Origin: Chloroflexota bacterium
GTDB lineage: Bacteria > Chloroflexota > Limnocylindria > Limnocylindrales > CSP1-4
Reading direction: 5' to 3'
Assembly: GCA_003158675.1 (NCBI GenBank)
Contig: PMKN01000014.1
Coordinates: 7,843-71,842 of the forward strand
Length of the DNA: 64,000 nucleotides
The notes below the pieces were generated by a model, which did no database searches, had not been told where the DNA came from, and saw only the letters and a list, made by a program, of their open reading frames with translations. The translations under genes and the position numbers were made by a program. Positions 63,001-64,000 of the stretch are shown piece by piece (positions within the stretch are counted from its first letter, which is position 1; each line of letters begins with the position of its first letter).

Positions 63001-64000
63001 TCGGTCGATCGAGCGGCACGTTCACCGCCTACACCTCGGCCGATGGCGTTACCTGGACCGCGGTGCCAGGCGCAAGCGTCGCCCTGACGATGACCGGCAC
63101 CTTGCTGGCTGGCCTCGCGGTCACGTCGCACAACGGCGGCCAGATGGGCACCGCGACCTTCGATACGCCTGCCCTGTCCACGTCCGCTCCTCCGCCTCCG
63201 GGTGCCTGCCCAACGGGCTGGACGTGCTCCGACATCGGCAACGTCGGCATCGCCGGCGGCCAGGCGCTCACCGCCGGGACCTGGACTATCCAGGGCGGCG
63301 GCGGCGACATCTGGGCCGTTGCGGACAGCTTCCACTACGCTTGGCAGTCGCTCGCCACAGACGGCGGCATCAGTGCGCGCGTCGTTGCTCAGACGAACAC
63401 GTCGGCATGGGCTAAGGCCGGGGCGATGCTCCGCGCGACCACCGATCCGGGTTCGCCGTATTACGCCGCGTTCGTGACGCCTGGCAACGGGATCGCGGTC
63501 CAGTGGCGCTCGGCGCAGGCCGCGGCCACCTCTCAGGTGCTCGTGGCCGGATCGCCGCCCACCTACCTGGAGGTCGCCCGCTCGGGCGGCATCTACTCCG
63601 CCTATTCGTCGCCCGACGGCGCCACCTGGACGCTCGTGCCTGGATCGACGGTGAACCTCGGACTGACCGGCACGGTTCTGGCCGGGCTGGCTGTCACATC
63701 CCACAACTGGGGCGTGCTGAGCACGGCCACGTTCGACACGGTGGCGTTGGCTCATTTGACCCCGCCCTGGCTCGACGGAGATATCGGCGCACCGGCCAAG
63801 GCAGGCTCCGCCAGTTCGACGAGCGGCGTCTTCACGATCAGCGCCGGCGGCGCGGACATCTTCGGAACCTCCGACCAGCTCAACTATGCCTACCAGCCGG
63901 TCACGGGCGATACCACGCTCGGCGCCCGCGTGGTGACGCAGACGAACACGAGCGCCTGGGCGCGGGCCGGAGTCATGCTCCGCTCCACGACGGCCGCCGG
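60051..64000 (+). CDS. Partial giant secreted protein (more than 1316 aa, continues past the window): signal peptide + PQQ-like beta-propeller + at least 5 tandem concanavalin-A-like (DUF1349-like) modules
   Basis: Not in the supplied track. I translated this plus-strand frame (start 60051) by hand from GTG 60051 (AAGGGAGG at 60035-60042, in-frame TAG at 60045) to 63998 and found no stop.
- Signal peptide: VKRTSIVVRLAGMAALLAGLTFPGAIAAPA.
- Propeller blades: VVGGVAYVGSWDGFEYALNATTGALIW, VVGGVVYVGGGDSNWYALDAASGSVLW and others.
- Modules begin at 61458. Confidence 0.85.
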   Translation, partial: MKRTSIVVRLAGMAALLAGLTFPGAIAAPAQVAAAAPATDWPMYLHDSQLTAASSETILTPAAVPTLRPLWTYKTGGMIAASATVVGGVAYVGSWDGFEYALNATTGALIWKTSLGITTAPACSPPALGVSSVAAVVGGVVYVGGGDSNWYALDAASGSVLWSVPTGDNSATGGHYNWSSPLIVGNSAYIGIASLGDCPLVQGQLLRVDLTTHAVVATVNFVPAGQVGGGIWTTPSIDPSTNTVYVTTGTRNMASQTTSEAMVAVDATTLAIKSYWQIPLSAANADSDWGNSPILFSDGNGRAMVAGVNKNGFLYAFDRTNLALGPLWSEQVAVGGICPTCGDASVASMAFAQGTLYVGGGNTTINGVGYQGAVRAVNPTTGAVLWARGLASPVIPALAYDNGMVFAGVGSRLEVLDATTGARLFSYATGGVIYAPPSISGGVVYIGSGDGNEYAFAATTPITPPADGNCPSGFVCQDIGSAAPAGSEIVTSGSWAISSGGAAVGGTSDALRLMSQTATGDLAAQGRVAAQAAAGAGTESGLMVRQTNDPGSPFYAVSVAGATSVSVQSRTVFGGAVKTVNLAATTLPLYLEIVRTADSFAAATSTDGVTYTLVPGGTATVVMPDAVMVGPFATSGTNGTLTTSTIDTLTVGATGVAPVPAASPSPCPSGWSCTDLGDPSAVGNQTLTSGTWTISGSGSATGNNIYTDQLHYIWQAIAGDATLSAHIATQANTSASAQAGLAFRADATTAGAVFYGAYLTPTKGIQIVYRTTTGLRSTLVMTATGAAPAYLQITRSGNTFTTFTSTDGVTWSVLVGSSVTFGSGGSMTAGLVVNSNTAALGTDTFDTVSLTNSAAPPPSLCPTGWTCQDIGNPTPSTGSQYVVAPSWSITAGGSDIWGTYDGFRLLSQSLAADGTMSVRVDSQTNTSTWAKAGVMMRLTNDPGSPYFAEFMTPGNGIAIQWRTTQGGSSSQILVAGTVPAWLEVGRSSGTFTAYTSADGVTWTAVPGASVALTMTGTLLAGLAVTSHNGGQMGTATFDTPALSTSAPPPPGACPTGWTCSDIGNVGIAGGQALTAGTWTIQGGGGDIWAVADSFHYAWQSLATDGGISARVVAQTNTSAWAKAGAMLRATTDPGSPYYAAFVTPGNGIAVQWRSAQAAATSQVLVAGSPPTYLEVARSGGIYSAYSSPDGATWTLVPGSTVNLGLTGTVLAGLAVTSHNWGVLSTATFDTVALAHLTPPWLDGDIGAPAKAGSASSTSGVFTISAGGADIFGTSDQLNYAYQPVTGDTTLGARVVTQTNTSAWARAGVMLRSTTAA
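61458..64000 (+). repeat. In-frame tandem module repeat, periods about 591/582/576/564 nt
   Basis: The module-opening motif C-P-(S/T)-G-(F/W)-x-C-x-D-(I/L)-G occurs at 61458, 62049, 62631 and 63207. A Cys-less variant LDGDIG occurs at 63771. The internal blocks QTNTSxWA(K/R)AGxMxR, DPGSPY, TPGNGIxxQWR and LAGLAVTSHN recur. Confidence 0.85.

Noticed and set aside
61368-63755. Two long minus-strand ORFs (61368..62426 and 62676..63755)
   Set aside because: They are shadows of the open-ended plus-strand giant ORF. The plus-frame translation has repeated, clearly protein-like modules, while the minus frames are Arg/Gly/Asp-rich noise.
1-64000. Search by eye for tRNA/rRNA genes, transposase/integrase genes, terminal inverted repeats, toxin-antitoxin pairs, restriction or known defence genes
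   Set aside because: I recognised none. No T-loop-like GGTTCGAAT contexts with matching acceptor stems turned up, and no DDE/tyrosine-recombinase motifs appear in any credible frame. A tRNAscan/Infernal and defence-system HMM scan would be needed to be definitive.

Overview
Very GC-rich, gene-dense chromosomal segment. I call about 52 protein-coding genes and recognise no rRNA, tRNA, CRISPR array, transposase, integrase or phage gene. The style fits an actinobacterial or Chloroflexota-type genome: many GTG/TTG starts, many 4-bp stop/start overlaps, Pro/Thr-rich linkers in secreted proteins, and an F420-type DDN oxidoreductase. Because of the GC content the ORF track is full of long antisense and out-of-frame shadow ORFs, so I kept only frames with recognisable protein motifs. 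Left to right:
- xylulokinase-like fragment and a polyol dehydrogenase
- AMMECR1
- HtrA protease convergent with an OmpR/HK pair and a small His/Trp/Gly-rich membrane protein
- a decayed GT4 gene
- a 1220-aa secreted sedolisin(S53)-RCC1-propeller-Ig-FN3x2 protein behind an ABC-2 exporter
- metallophosphoesterase and an SGNH-like lipoprotein
- a coupled GT4-unknown-GH130 operon
- TetR plus a complete classical menaquinone operon (menF-D-H-B-A-C-E), with MenE fused to an alpha/beta hydrolase
- a LacI-associated sugar cluster (Zn-ADH, AKR, L-fucose isomerase, FGGY kinase, MFS)
- DDN oxidoreductase, DHA2 MFS, esterase, DUF2277, a PilZ-like protein
- a beta/gamma-crystallin-like secreted protein, a NarL-type two-component pair and a C39-like peptidase
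- a PAS-EAL protein with a degenerate EAL domain
- S1C protease plus MoxR-DUF58-VWA-VWA
- acetyltransferase, a frameshifted gene, a GH5 mannanase and a GT-C glycosyltransferase
- an open-ended ORF of more than 1316 codons (60051 to window end) that is absent from the supplied track
I see no clear new defence or mobile system. The best candidates for novelty are:
- the off-track giant PQQ-propeller/tandem lectin-like protein and its GH5/GT-C neighbourhood
- the MenE-hydrolase fusion inside a TetR-headed men operon
- the sedolisin-RCC1 mosaic protein
- the GT4-unknown-GH130 operon
- the degenerate EAL/PilZ signalling proteins
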